This document shows, in pieces, positions 30,101 through 40,245 of a stretch of DNA of 64,000 nt. Source of the stretch: an uncultured virus (IMG/VR IMGVR_UViG_3300046171_000179) (Duplodnaviria; Heunggongvirae; Uroviricota; Caudoviricetes; Crassvirales); IMG/VR virus record IMGVR_UViG_3300046171_000179, one strand, 5' to 3'. Each line of letters begins with the position of its first letter. Position 1 is the first letter of the stretch. The notes beneath the pieces were generated by a model. That model was not told the DNA's origin. It did not search any database and saw nothing but the letters and a program-made list of their open reading frames with translations. Position numbers and translations under genes: made by a program.

Positions 30101-31363
30101 ATGGAAGAACAAGAAAAAGTACAAGTTAAGGTTGTTGCAGACGATAGTCCAGCACCTACTAAACAAGAACAAGAAGCTGCTGTATTAGATCAAGCAGTAG
30201 AAACTGGGGAAGTTGCGTCTGAATATGGCTTACAAGACGATGGTGTTTATAAAATCAATTTAGATAAACCTCCCGTGCAAAACAAGGAAGAAAATGCCGT
30301 TCAAGAGCGAAAAACAGAGGAAGTTTCTGTGGATGAATCATCCGGAGATAGCAAAGAAGTGGACAAAGAAGTACGGGAACAGTCCAGTGAAAAAAACGAA
30401 CCCGTTCAAGCTGAAGAAAAAGTATTAAAAGAAAATGAATCTCCTTTAGAGCTAATTAAAGAAGATGAAGAAACTGTTGTTAAAGAAGAAGAACCTTCAA
30501 TAACAGCTGAACAAAAAGAAGAAGTTAAGGAAGCTGAAAAACAAATGCTTCCTGAAAACGTAGAAAAGCTAGTTACATTCATGGAAGAAACTGGTGGTTC
30601 TTTAGAAGATTATGTTAATCTAAATAGAGACATCAGTAAATATGATAATACTACTTTAATGCGTGAATATTATAAAAGTACAAAACCGCATTTAAATCAA
30701 GATGATATTGAGTTTATTCTTAATAAAAATTTTGGTTATGATGCAGAGACGGAAGATCCGTCAGATGTTAAAGCTAAACAATTAGCTTTTAAAGAAGAAT
30801 TATTTAATGCTCAAAACCACTTTAAAACAAGTAAGGAAAAATATTATGCTGATCTTAAGTTAAGAAAGCAAAACAATATTGATCCTGAATATAAAAAAGC
30901 TTATGAGTATTATAATGAACAACAAAGTTTAATAAAAGAAAGTGAAACTTTACAAAAAGATTTTTTAAATAAAACAAGTAATGTTTTTTCTGACGATTTC
31001 AAAGGTTTTGATTTTAGCGTAGGAAAAAATAAATATCGTTTTAAAGTAGAAAATCCATCTCAAGTTAAAGAATTTCAATCTGATATTAAAAATTTTGCTA
31101 ATGAATTTATCGGTAAAGATGGCACTATTACAGATGCTAAAGGTTATCACAAAGCTTTATTTGCCGGAAGAAATGCAGATAAAATAGCTAATCATTTTTA
31201 TGAGCAAGGCCGTGCCGATGCTATAAAAGAACAAGCTAAAGCTGCAAAAAATATTGATATGTCTCCGAGAGTAGATAATTCTAGTATTGTAAATTCAAAT
31301 GGTCAAAAAGTTAAAGTTGTTTCTGGAAATGACTCTTCTAAATTGCGAGTTAAATGGAAATAA
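30101..31363 (+). CDS. Putative scaffold/head assembly protein
   Basis: Acidic N-terminus; HFYEQGRADA; between portal and MCP. Confidence 0.7.
   Translation: MEEQEKVQVKVVADDSPAPTKQEQEAAVLDQAVETGEVASEYGLQDDGVYKINLDKPPVQNKEENAVQERKTEEVSVDESSGDSKEVDKEVREQSSEKNEPVQAEEKVLKENESPLELIKEDEETVVKEEEPSITAEQKEEVKEAEKQMLPENVEKLVTFMEETGGSLEDYVNLNRDISKYDNTTLMREYYKSTKPHLNQDDIEFILNKNFGYDAETEDPSDVKAKQLAFKEELFNAQNHFKTSKEKYYADLKLRKQNNIDPEYKKAYEYYNEQQSLIKESETLQKDFLNKTSNVFSDDFKGFDFSVGKNKYRFKVENPSQVKEFQSDIKNFANEFIGKDGTITDAKGYHKALFAGRNADKIANHFYEQGRADAIKEQAKAAKNIDMSPRVDNSSIVNSNGQKVKVVSGNDSSKLRVKWK
30294..30428 (+). CDS. Overprinted +1-frame 44-aa basic peptide
   Basis: MPFKSEKQRKFLWMNHPEIAKKWTKKYGNSPVKKTNPFKLKKKY; local G/C3 shift. 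Confidence 0.75.
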   Translation: MPFKSEKQRKFLWMNHPEIAKKWTKKYGNSPVKKTNPFKLKKKY

Positions 31364-31385
31364 ATAATTTTTAAAATCAAAACAA

Positions 31386-32975
31386 ATGGCATTTACAGTA
31401 GGCATACCAGCCGCTTTACAACCAACCCAGAGCAAAACAATGTATCCTGGGAACTATATCGATTTTACTGATGCGAATTTTGCTCAGTGGGGTCAACAAT
31501 TTTTACCTGATGTATACGAAAAAGAAGTAGAAAGATATGGAAACAGATCTATCGGTTCTTTTTTACGTATGGTATCAGCGGAAATGCCTTCCACTTCAGA
31601 TCAAATAATCTGGACTGAGCAAGGTAGATTACACACACGTTATGCTAACGTTATTCCTTTAAATAACGCAGGAACGCTTCCAGGTGGAGCTACTCCAGGC
31701 GCTATTGTAGCAGGTGTATCAGGTACAGCACTTAACTTTAGTGTACCAACTGCACAACCAAGAAGCACAGGAATTACTACAGATAAAACTGAGCCTGTAA
31801 ACTTTAGAGTTGGAGAAACAGTAATGGTACAAGTTCAAACTACAGCTACATCAGCTGTTGGTGGAACTGGCGAAGTAATAAAAGGAGTTGTAACTGCAGT
31901 AGCAGGACAAAACTTTCAAATCAAATGTTACGTTGCTCACAATGGAATCTTAGTAGGAGATAGAGTAACAGCTATTTCTTATGGATCTGAATTTGCTAAA
32001 GGTACAGGTACTTTTACAGAGTCTTTAAATCCTAGCTACGCTACATTTACCAACTCACCTATTATCTTAAAAGAAAACTATGCAATCAATGGTTCTGACA
32101 CAGCTCAGATCGGTTGGATTGAAGTTACTTCTGAGAATGGTGCTAGTGGGTATTTATGGTATATGAAGTCTGAACACGAAAATAGATTACGTTGGGAAGA
32201 TTACATTGAAATGTCTATGGTTGAAGGTGTTCTTAAGACAGGTGGACAAGGTGGTGCTAATGGAATAGCTTTAGGCTATACTACAGGTGCTAGCTCAATT
32301 ACTGTTGGTGGAACAAACCAAAACGCTAAAGGTACTGAAGGTTTCTTTGCTGCTCTTGAAGCACGTGGAAATGTATATCAAGGATTTGGATCTCAAGCAG
32401 CTGCTCAAGCAGGTGGTGGAGCATTAACAGATTTTGATGCAGTACTTAAACAATTAGACAAGCAAGGAGCTATTGAAGAAAACATGCTTTTCTTAAATCG
32501 TGAACTTTCTTTAGAGATTGATGACATTCTTGCAATGCAAAATGGTGCATATGCTGGAACAGCTAACCACGCTCACGGTACATCTTACGGTGTATTTAAC
32601 AACAGCGCGGATATGGCATTAAATCTTGGATTTACAGGATATCGCAGAGGATCTTATGACTTTTACAAAACTGACTGGAAATACTTAAATGACTGGTCAA
32701 CTCGTGGAGGTTTTGGTGATGTTGAAGGTGTATTAGTACCAGCAGGAACTTCTACAGTTTACGATCAGCAATTAGGTCAAAATATCAAGCGACCATTCTT
32801 ACACGTTCGTTATAGAGCTTCAGAAACTGAAAACAGAAAGAATAAATCTTGGATTACAGGATCTGTTGGAACTTCTAGCCCTACAACTGACATTGATGAA
32901 ATGAGAGTTATCTACTTAAGTGAAAGATGTCTTATTACTCAAGCTGCTAATAATTTCGTATTATTTAAAGCTTAA
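31386..32975 (+). CDS. Major capsid protein
   Basis: QQFLPDVYEKEVERYGNR, IIWTEQGRLH, SERCL; synteny; followed by strong terminator. Confidence 0.88.
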   Translation: MAFTVGIPAALQPTQSKTMYPGNYIDFTDANFAQWGQQFLPDVYEKEVERYGNRSIGSFLRMVSAEMPSTSDQIIWTEQGRLHTRYANVIPLNNAGTLPGGATPGAIVAGVSGTALNFSVPTAQPRSTGITTDKTEPVNFRVGETVMVQVQTTATSAVGGTGEVIKGVVTAVAGQNFQIKCYVAHNGILVGDRVTAISYGSEFAKGTGTFTESLNPSYATFTNSPIILKENYAINGSDTAQIGWIEVTSENGASGYLWYMKSEHENRLRWEDYIEMSMVEGVLKTGGQGGANGIALGYTTGASSITVGGTNQNAKGTEGFFAALEARGNVYQGFGSQAAAQAGGGALTDFDAVLKQLDKQGAIEENMLFLNRELSLEIDDILAMQNGAYAGTANHAHGTSYGVFNNSADMALNLGFTGYRRGSYDFYKTDWKYLNDWSTRGGFGDVEGVLVPAGTSTVYDQQLGQNIKRPFLHVRYRASETENRKNKSWITGSVGTSSPTTDIDEMRVIYLSERCLITQAANNFVLFKA

Positions 32976-32989
32976 TATTTTTTAACTAT

Positions 32990-33030
32990 AGAATACGGGC
33001 TCTTCGGAGCCCAGTATTCTTATTTTATAT
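32990..33030 (+). terminator. Rho-independent terminator after MCP
   Basis: AGAATAC-GGGCTC-TTCG-GAGCCC-A-GTATTCT then T-rich tail. Confidence 0.85.
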
Positions 33031-33039
33031 TATTTTATT

Positions 33040-33795
33040 ATGAAAACAAAATTACAGAACCCAGAAAAAAGCTGGGAACTAAAAGATAGAGTATATGTAT
33101 TAAAAGGTAATATGTCACCTATAACATATACAATACAGACTAGACATACTCCAAGAAAACCTTTATTATATTGGGATGAGGAAAAAGGAATAAATAGAGA
33201 ATTAAGATTAGCATCTAATCAAACATCATTATTTGTGGATGAACAAGATGGTTATTCTACATTACAACATTTAATATTTCAAGATGGAGTATTAAACGTT
33301 CCTAGAACAGAACCTTTAGTACAAAAGTTATTATCTATATATCATCCAAGAAAAATTTGGGAAGAAATAGATGATCAAGTTATAGCAGAAGATGAAATTG
33401 AAGATCTAGAGTTTGAACTAGAAGCTTTAAATTTAGTAAGAACTTTAGATATTTCACATTTAGAAGCTATAATGAGAACTGAATTAGGTTCAAGTGTGTC
33501 TACATTATCATCTAAAGAGTTAAAAAGAGATGCTTATAGATTTGCTAGACAAAATCCAGCTTTATTTATAGAGCTTTCTGAAGATGAAGATATAACTTTA
33601 AGAAATTTAGCTAACAGAGCTGTTGAATCTGGTATTTTAGAATTAACAGAAGATAACACTGTATTTAAATTTCCTAATGGTAAAAAGGTAATGACAGTAC
33701 CATTTGATCAACATCCTTATGGTGCATTAGCACAATACTTTAAAACAGATGAAGGAGTTGATTTAATGAAATCAATTACTAAAAAGCTTTCGTAG
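33040..33795 (+). CDS. Conserved morphogenesis-block protein
   Basis: 251-aa ORF immediately downstream of MCP. Confidence 0.7.
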   Translation: MKTKLQNPEKSWELKDRVYVLKGNMSPITYTIQTRHTPRKPLLYWDEEKGINRELRLASNQTSLFVDEQDGYSTLQHLIFQDGVLNVPRTEPLVQKLLSIYHPRKIWEEIDDQVIAEDEIEDLEFELEALNLVRTLDISHLEAIMRTELGSSVSTLSSKELKRDAYRFARQNPALFIELSEDEDITLRNLANRAVESGILELTEDNTVFKFPNGKKVMTVPFDQHPYGALAQYFKTDEGVDLMKSITKKLS

Positions 33796-33802
33796 CTTAC
33801 CT

Positions 33803-33831
33803 GATGTAAGGTGAGAAATCAACCTTACATC
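33803..33831. promoter_or_regulatory. Intergenic hairpin without U-tail
   Basis: GATGTAAGGT / ACCTTACATC perfect 10 bp. Confidence 0.5.
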
Positions 33832-33856
33832 AACAAATTAATATAAAAGTAAATAA

Positions 33857-34573
33857 ATGGTAAATATAAACAATGTATACCAATCTGTTCTTGTTATAAC
33901 AAACAAAGATAATCGTGGTTATATAACGCCTGAAGAATTTAATAGATTAGCTGAGCAAGCTCAAAATGAGATATTTGCAAGTTATTTTGTAAGAGAAGCA
34001 GGTTATGAGTTAAATGCTTTTTTAACAAGTGATTTTTCTGATCCTAATACTTATTTAGCAGAAAAAATAAATGTGTTTTATAAAGATAGCACTCTTACTC
34101 ATGCTAATGGTGAATTTACATATCCTGCTGACTTATATAGAGTAGGTGTGGTTTCTGTAGATAACGTTATAGCAGATAGAGCTTCACATGAAGAGGTTAA
34201 ATACATTAATTTATCACCATTAACAGCACCAGTAAAAACACAGCCCGTGTATTCATTAACAAACACGGGTGTTGTGGTTTATCCTTCAACAGTAACATCT
34301 GGTGTAAAATTAGATTACTTAAAAAAGCCAATAAGGCCTAAATGGGGTTACGTTCTAAATGGAACTGTGCCCTATTACGATCCTACAGTTTTTGACCCAG
34401 CAAATGATAGTTATGATACAGCGGCAAAATCTTACAACTTTGATTTACATCCTTCTGAAGAAAACAACTTAGTTGTTACTATACTAAACTATGCTGGAGT
34501 TGTTATCAAACAAGGAGATGTAACTGGATTTGCACAAGGTAAAGAACAACAAAACGCAGCAACTGAACAATAA
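33857..34573 (+). CDS. Head-tail connector/ring protein
   Basis: NKDNRGYITPEEFN..A.QAQ; synteny. Confidence 0.7.
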   Translation: MVNINNVYQSVLVITNKDNRGYITPEEFNRLAEQAQNEIFASYFVREAGYELNAFLTSDFSDPNTYLAEKINVFYKDSTLTHANGEFTYPADLYRVGVVSVDNVIADRASHEEVKYINLSPLTAPVKTQPVYSLTNTGVVVYPSTVTSGVKLDYLKKPIRPKWGYVLNGTVPYYDPTVFDPANDSYDTAAKSYNFDLHPSEENNLVVTILNYAGVVIKQGDVTGFAQGKEQQNAATEQ

Positions 34574-35500
34574 TGGCAATATCAAGAAAACCTTTAGATG
34601 TAGATAATTATTCCGCTTTAGATGGCGGTAATGGATTAGCAGTCCCTGGATATTACAGGAGAACAAACTTAAACGATATAATAAACAATTTTATTGTAGC
34701 ATATATTGGTGATGGTAAAATTCTTACTCAGGTTCCTAGATATGAGGTTGCTTTCTTTGCACAAAAAGCAGTGCAAGAATTTAGTTATGATGTTTTTCAT
34801 TCTGAAAAAGCCTTAGAAATACAACTAAGTTCATTAAGACAAATGTCTTTGCCATCAGACTACGTTAATTATATTAGTATAAAATGGACAGATGCTAGCG
34901 GCGTGCAAAGAACAATACTACCTAGCACAACAACACAAGCAAATCAAGGTGTTGCTCAAGATGAAAATTATCACTACTTATATGATAATGATGGTAATAT
35001 AATATTTGCTGAAACATCTGAAACAATAGATAGATATAAATCTAATAGTCCGGAGGAAAATGAAGAACTTGCAAGTACGTATTACTATGGATATTTTGAT
35101 GTACCTAATTACTTTGGTTATTTTGGAGGTCGTTATGGTTTAACACCTCAATTTTCTAATATAAATGGTACGTGTGTTATAGATTTAAATGCAGGACAAA
35201 TATATTTTCCATCAACAATACCTCAAGACACATATATAACATTAAGTTATATATCTGATGGTTTAGGGTAATAATGGAGATTTTGACAATGTGTTAGTGC
35301 CTAAATTAGCAGAAGAAGCTGTAATGTCAACAATTCTTTATAGCTTATGTAAAATAAGACCTTCAGCTTCAGGTTTATTACCTTTATATAAAAAAGAAGC
35401 AGCTGCTAAAACAAGAAATGCAAAAATTAGAATAGCTAATATGAAAGTAGATGAAATGACTCAGATATTTCGTAATAAAGCTAAATGGATTAAACACTAA
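34573..35500 (+). CDS. Tail tubular/ring protein, apparent frameshift near 35268
   Basis: LPSDYVNY; removing one G of TTAGGGTAA gives DGLGNNGDFDNVLVPKLAEEA. Confidence 0.75.
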
Positions 35501-35509
35501 TAAATTTCT

Positions 35510-38500
35510 ATGCCAGAAATTAAAAGAACATTCAATGTCGGTAAAATGAACCGAGATCTGGATGATAGAATAGTACCTGCCGGTGAATATCGAGAAGGTT
35601 TTAATATTAATATCGGGCAATCAGAAAGCTCAGATGTTGGTGCAGTTGAAAATTTATTAGGTAATGAATTAGTAGCACAAAGTGGACTTGCTAATGGTAA
35701 ATGTATAGGTCAAGTAGCTGATACTGGTGCAGAAAAAATATATTTTCTTGTTACTACAAATTCAATATATAATGAAACCAACAGTGGTCAGCATGGTTTA
35801 TTTGAATATGATCAAAAAACAAAACAACTTACAGCTTTAATTGTTTCAACACAGTTAAATTTACATCAAAATTATCCTGTAACAGGTATAAATATAGTTG
35901 ATGACCTTTTATTTTGGACTGATAATAGAAATTATCCTAGAAAAATAAATGTAGTAACCGCAAGAAACAATACTTCTTACTATACTGCAGCTGCAGATAT
36001 AGATAATTTAATATCTGTAGCTAAGTTTACACCATACGAATCCCCAACTATTGTTGCGGCAACTAGAGAATCTAGTATATCTTCTACTTTTATGGAAGAT
36101 AAACTTATTAGATTTTCATATAGGTGGCAGTTTGAAGATAGTGAGTATAGTGTATTAGCTCCATTTTCTCCTATACTTTTTTCAAGATTAAATGAAACTG
36201 ATACAATAAGTACTTCACTGTCAAATTTTGGTGAAATAGAAACTTTTGTTAACGCAATAAATCAAGTACAACTACAAATACCTACACCAACCGGATATGG
36301 TATTACAAGTGTTGAATTAATATACAAAGAGTCTGGATCAGGTACTTTATATGTTGTTGATGATCAAGAAATTACAACAGAACCTTTTGTAAACTTTACA
36401 TATTCTTCAACCGATCCATTTAGAACTTTGCCAGGTGATCAGCTTACTAGGGTTTATGATGCTGTACCTATTAAAGCTAAAGCACAAGAAGTTGCTGGTG
36501 GTAGATTAGTTTATGGAAATTTTTTACAAAATTTTGACATACCTAATATAGCTTTTAGTGTTGAAAGAACAGGTGAAACATCTGCTAGAAATAATATTTT
36601 AACAAATCAATCAGTTAAATCAAGAAGAACATATCAGGTTGGTATTGTATTAGCTGATAAATTTGGTAGACAATCACCTGTTATATTATCTAGCTCTGGT
36701 ACTGATACTGTTTTCATAGATCCAGGTTATGGTAATGCATCATCAACAACTGCTTTTAATGCATTGAGAATAGTATTTGCAGACACAACACAGATACCAA
36801 CATGGGCTTATTCATATAGAGTTGTTGTAAAACAACGTGAACAAGAATATTATAATTGGATATCTACTATTGATGCTGCTAACACGGTTAATCGTTTTGG
36901 CGATAGTATAAATAAAATACCTAGAGATCAAACAGCTGCAATACCTCCTAGTACTTCAGCAACAATATCTCCATGTAATGTATCTGTTTATCCTAAGTAT
37001 TTAGCTGGTGGAAATGTTTATACATCTCCATATGCGGCTTTAACTTCAGTACAATCTATTTCAAATCCTTCAGGTGATGCAACTGTTACAACTATTGATA
37101 ATAGCGGTAACGCAGTATCTACTGGTTTATGTGTTTTTGAAACAGAACCTGTTAGCTCTGAGTTAGATATATTTTATGAAACATCTACAGGAGGTTTAGT
37201 TGAGGATATTCCTGCTACTGCTATTGATATAGAATTTTTTAACTGTATATTGTTAACTTTTACAGCGGGTAATCATGTAGAAATAAATAGAATTAAAGCA
37301 GGTTTTAATCAACCGTTTTTTGATGTAGGTGTTAGAGCTTATGTAGTGCAAGAAAACTTTACTCAAGAAAGAAGAAATAATACTCTTATACATTCTAGTG
37401 GACTTTTAAACTCTAGAACTGGTATTAACTACATAAATCAATTTAATGAATCTGAGGGTGGTCTAACTATCTCTCTTGATCCACTAAATGGTTCTGTACA
37501 GAAAATGTTTGTTGATGATACGCAGATATTAATATTTCAAGAAGATAAAGTATCTAGATCACCTATTGATAAAAACTTTATATATGCAGCTGAAGGTGGC
37601 GCAGTGCCAGTTACAAGTAATACACAATTTTTGGGAACAGTAGCTGCTTATGCTGGTGAGTTTGGTATATCAAACGATCCTCAATCTTTTGCAAGTTTTG
37701 GTTTTTCAAGATATTTTACAGATAAAAATAGAGGTACTGTATTAAGATTATCTCAAAATGGTATTACTGAAATATCACAAGTTGGTATGGGTGATTTTTT
37801 TAGAGATGCTTTAAAACAATCTACGTCTATTATAGGATCTTATGATGAGTATAGTCGTATGTATGAATTAACTATTATAGGCCAAGGCTTTGATAGTAAT
37901 GAAGATACAAATGCAGCTACAGCATCAGATGGATATTTAACAGTTACTTTTGATGATAGATCAGGTGGGTGGACAAGTTTTAGAGGTTATAAACAAGAAG
38001 GTGGTTTATCATTAAATAATACATATTATACTTTTAACGGTGGTCAATTATGGCAACATCACAGTACTAATGTAACTAGAAATAATTTTTATAACTCTGG
38101 AACACAAGAGTCTTATGTTATACCTATATTTAACGACGCTCCATCGCTTGTAAAACAATATAACAGTTTAAGTTATGAAGGCGATACTGGCTGGGAGTTA
38201 GAGTACATAGAAACAGATATAAGCGCTTCAGGAACACTACCAGTTTTAGCAACATCTTTTACAACAACCCTACAATTAAATGGTGCTGCACCTAATTCTG
38301 TATTTAATGGAGCTAATACTGCTCAAGCTAAGCAAGGTGATAATGTTCAATGGGCTATTTTTGTATCACCATTAAACTCTCAATTTGCTTTTAACAACGT
38401 AAACGATATAACATTAACTCCAGCTTCTGGAAGTAGTTTAAGTGTAACAAATCCCGTTGGAACTCCTCCGTTTGAATCTACAGATGGAAGATTAGTATTT

Positions 38501-39499
38501 TTAGTTCAACACACTGTTGGAAACGCTAATAGCATACAAACTTTAAACATAGGAGGTACAGGCGCTTCTTTAGCATTTACTGTAGCTTTGTTGACCGTAA
38601 ACATTATAGATACTGTTTCAAACTCTTCAATAACTCCAGCTTCACAAGTGTTTAATAATGCTGGAAGTAATAGTGTTATATTTAGTACAGCTGTTGAAAA
38701 CAACTATTATATAGATACAGCTAACGTAACTGTTAGTGTGCTTGGGATGCCAGCTTCTACTAATCCTGGAACTTTAACAAATGTAAGGAGTGGAGTTGGA
38801 GGTTGTAGTGCATGTTTGGATAATTTAACTTACACTTTACCAATAACAGTTCCTTCAACAGCAACAGCTGGAACAATAACAGTAAATGGATCAGCAACAT
38901 TAAAATATACCTTACAATTAAATCAAGGTAATGTAGCGGCACCTACGGGTGGAACTGTTAATTATAGCACACCTGTTCAATCGAGCGGAGCAACAACAAC
39001 TATAGGTACACCTTTTTATAATTCTCCATTTGATTTAGCAAGTACTAGAACTGTTGTTATAACATACACATGTGCAACAACTGAAATACTTGTTGATAAT
39101 AGTTATGTTTTATCTGGTTTTCCAACTGGCACTACACCAACTCCTGTTTTAAGTAACGAAGATGGTCAACTAGCGATAACTCAAGTTATACCTATACTTA
39201 CACAAGATACAGTTGTAACTCCAGTTGTAGATTCAACAGTAGGAGCAGTTGCAGCAACATTAGGTAATACTTCTACAATAAATCTACCTCAACCTGGTAG
39301 TGCACAAACTATAGCTAGTACTTGGAATGTTAATGGATCTGCTTCACCAGGTTCTCCAACCGCCTCTTGGTTATCTTTAGATTCTGCTGCTTCTGGCGTA
39401 GCTATATCGTTATCTCCAGGAGTTTCTTTTACAGTTTCGGCGCTACTGAAAATAAACGGAGCTCATCAAGATCCCGAACTATTACTTAGCAACAACTAA
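35510..39499 (+). CDS. Tail stabilisation/muzzle protein with S/T-rich C-terminal extension
   Basis: GKMNRDLDDR, LFWTD.RN.PRKIN, YFTDKNRG.VLRLS, GWTSF; 3' end uncertain. Confidence 0.8.
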   Translation: MPEIKRTFNVGKMNRDLDDRIVPAGEYREGFNINIGQSESSDVGAVENLLGNELVAQSGLANGKCIGQVADTGAEKIYFLVTTNSIYNETNSGQHGLFEYDQKTKQLTALIVSTQLNLHQNYPVTGINIVDDLLFWTDNRNYPRKINVVTARNNTSYYTAAADIDNLISVAKFTPYESPTIVAATRESSISSTFMEDKLIRFSYRWQFEDSEYSVLAPFSPILFSRLNETDTISTSLSNFGEIETFVNAINQVQLQIPTPTGYGITSVELIYKESGSGTLYVVDDQEITTEPFVNFTYSSTDPFRTLPGDQLTRVYDAVPIKAKAQEVAGGRLVYGNFLQNFDIPNIAFSVERTGETSARNNILTNQSVKSRRTYQVGIVLADKFGRQSPVILSSSGTDTVFIDPGYGNASSTTAFNALRIVFADTTQIPTWAYSYRVVVKQREQEYYNWISTIDAANTVNRFGDSINKIPRDQTAAIPPSTSATISPCNVSVYPKYLAGGNVYTSPYAALTSVQSISNPSGDATVTTIDNSGNAVSTGLCVFETEPVSSELDIFYETSTGGLVEDIPATAIDIEFFNCILLTFTAGNHVEINRIKAGFNQPFFDVGVRAYVVQENFTQERRNNTLIHSSGLLNSRTGINYINQFNESEGGLTISLDPLNGSVQKMFVDDTQILIFQEDKVSRSPIDKNFIYAAEGGAVPVTSNTQFLGTVAAYAGEFGISNDPQSFASFGFSRYFTDKNRGTVLRLSQNGITEISQVGMGDFFRDALKQSTSIIGSYDEYSRMYELTIIGQGFDSNEDTNAATASDGYLTVTFDDRSGGWTSFRGYKQEGGLSLNNTYYTFNGGQLWQHHSTNVTRNNFYNSGTQESYVIPIFNDAPSLVKQYNSLSYEGDTGWELEYIETDISASGTLPVLATSFTTTLQLNGAAPNSVFNGANTAQAKQGDNVQWAIFVSPLNSQFAFNNVNDITLTPASGSSLSVTNPVGTPPFESTDGRLVFLVQHTVGNANSIQTLNIGGTGASLAFTVALLTVNIIDTVSNSSITPASQVFNNAGSNSVIFSTAVENNYYIDTANVTVSVLGMPASTNPGTLTNVRSGVGGCSACLDNLTYTLPITVPSTATAGTITVNGSATLKYTLQLNQGNVAAPTGGTVNYSTPVQSSGATTTIGTPFYNSPFDLASTRTVVITYTCATTEILVDNSYVLSGFPTGTTPTPVLSNEDGQLAITQVIPILTQDTVVTPVVDSTVGAVAATLGNTSTINLPQPGSAQTIASTWNVNGSASPGSPTASWLSLDSAASGVAISLSPGVSFTVSALLKINGAHQDPELLLSNN

Positions 39500-39559
39500 C
39501 AACAAGAGTAATTTCGCTAGCGTTCACTAATCAATAAATAACTATTAATCAAGCAGGAT

Positions 39560-39795
39560 AATATTGCAGATATAGTATCATTTCCTTTTGAAGAAAAAGA
39601 AGGCAAGTATTTTGCACCTATAGTTTCTCACAGAACTAAATATAAAGTTGAAAATGGATATTTAGACAGACATGGCAAAGAATTAATATCAGGATATTAA
39701 AGGAGCATTTTGCTTAATTAAAAACAATACCACTGTAAATTCAACAAGAAAGAAAACTAATTGCTTTAAACTGCGAAGCGTAAATTCATCGAAAT
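39560..39795 (+). other. Error-ridden coding segment (DIVSFPFEEKEGKYFAPIVS...IKGAF)
   Basis: Recognisable protein-like fragments in shifting frames. Confidence 0.45.
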
Positions 39796-39803
39796 TATAT
39801 TAT

Positions 39804-40245
39804 ATGCAATTACAAGTAAGAAAATTACAAGAATCCGATTGGGATTTAATACCAAAATGGTGGGAAGCTTACGGAGCCGAAGGCTTCCCTCGTGATATGT
39901 TACCTGGATCTTTTAGAGTTGGTGACGAAACAAGAAGAAAAAAGAAAAGGCTTAGGTGGCTTTATGGTTTGCAAAGGAGATGATCCTATTGCAGCTATGT
40001 GGCTGTGGATGACAAACAGTAAGACTGCGATTCCAGCTGTAGTAGTTAGTGATAAATCTTATCAAGACACGGACAGAAGTGATGCATTGCAACTCTTAGT
40101 AAATTTTACAACTGATTTTGCCGAGGACATGGGTTATAAATACGCATTTGCTTGGGCAAAAAAAGGAGTGTTATTAGATAAATATAAACAAGCGGAGTAT
40201 TATTGTGATGAAACTCCGTCTTATGAATTAATAATGAAATACTAA
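39804..40245 (+). CDS. Putative GNAT-like virion protein, apparent frameshift near 39930
   Basis: MQLQVRKLQESDWDLIPKWW... joins ...GGFMV...TNSKTA...MGYKYAF after removing one A. Confidence 0.6.

Noticed and set aside
35260..35295. Split tail tubular gene
   Set aside because: One extra G in a GGG run explains it
39430..39935. Pseudogenes or recoding
   Set aside because: Dense indel cluster typical of low-quality consensus; needs read check
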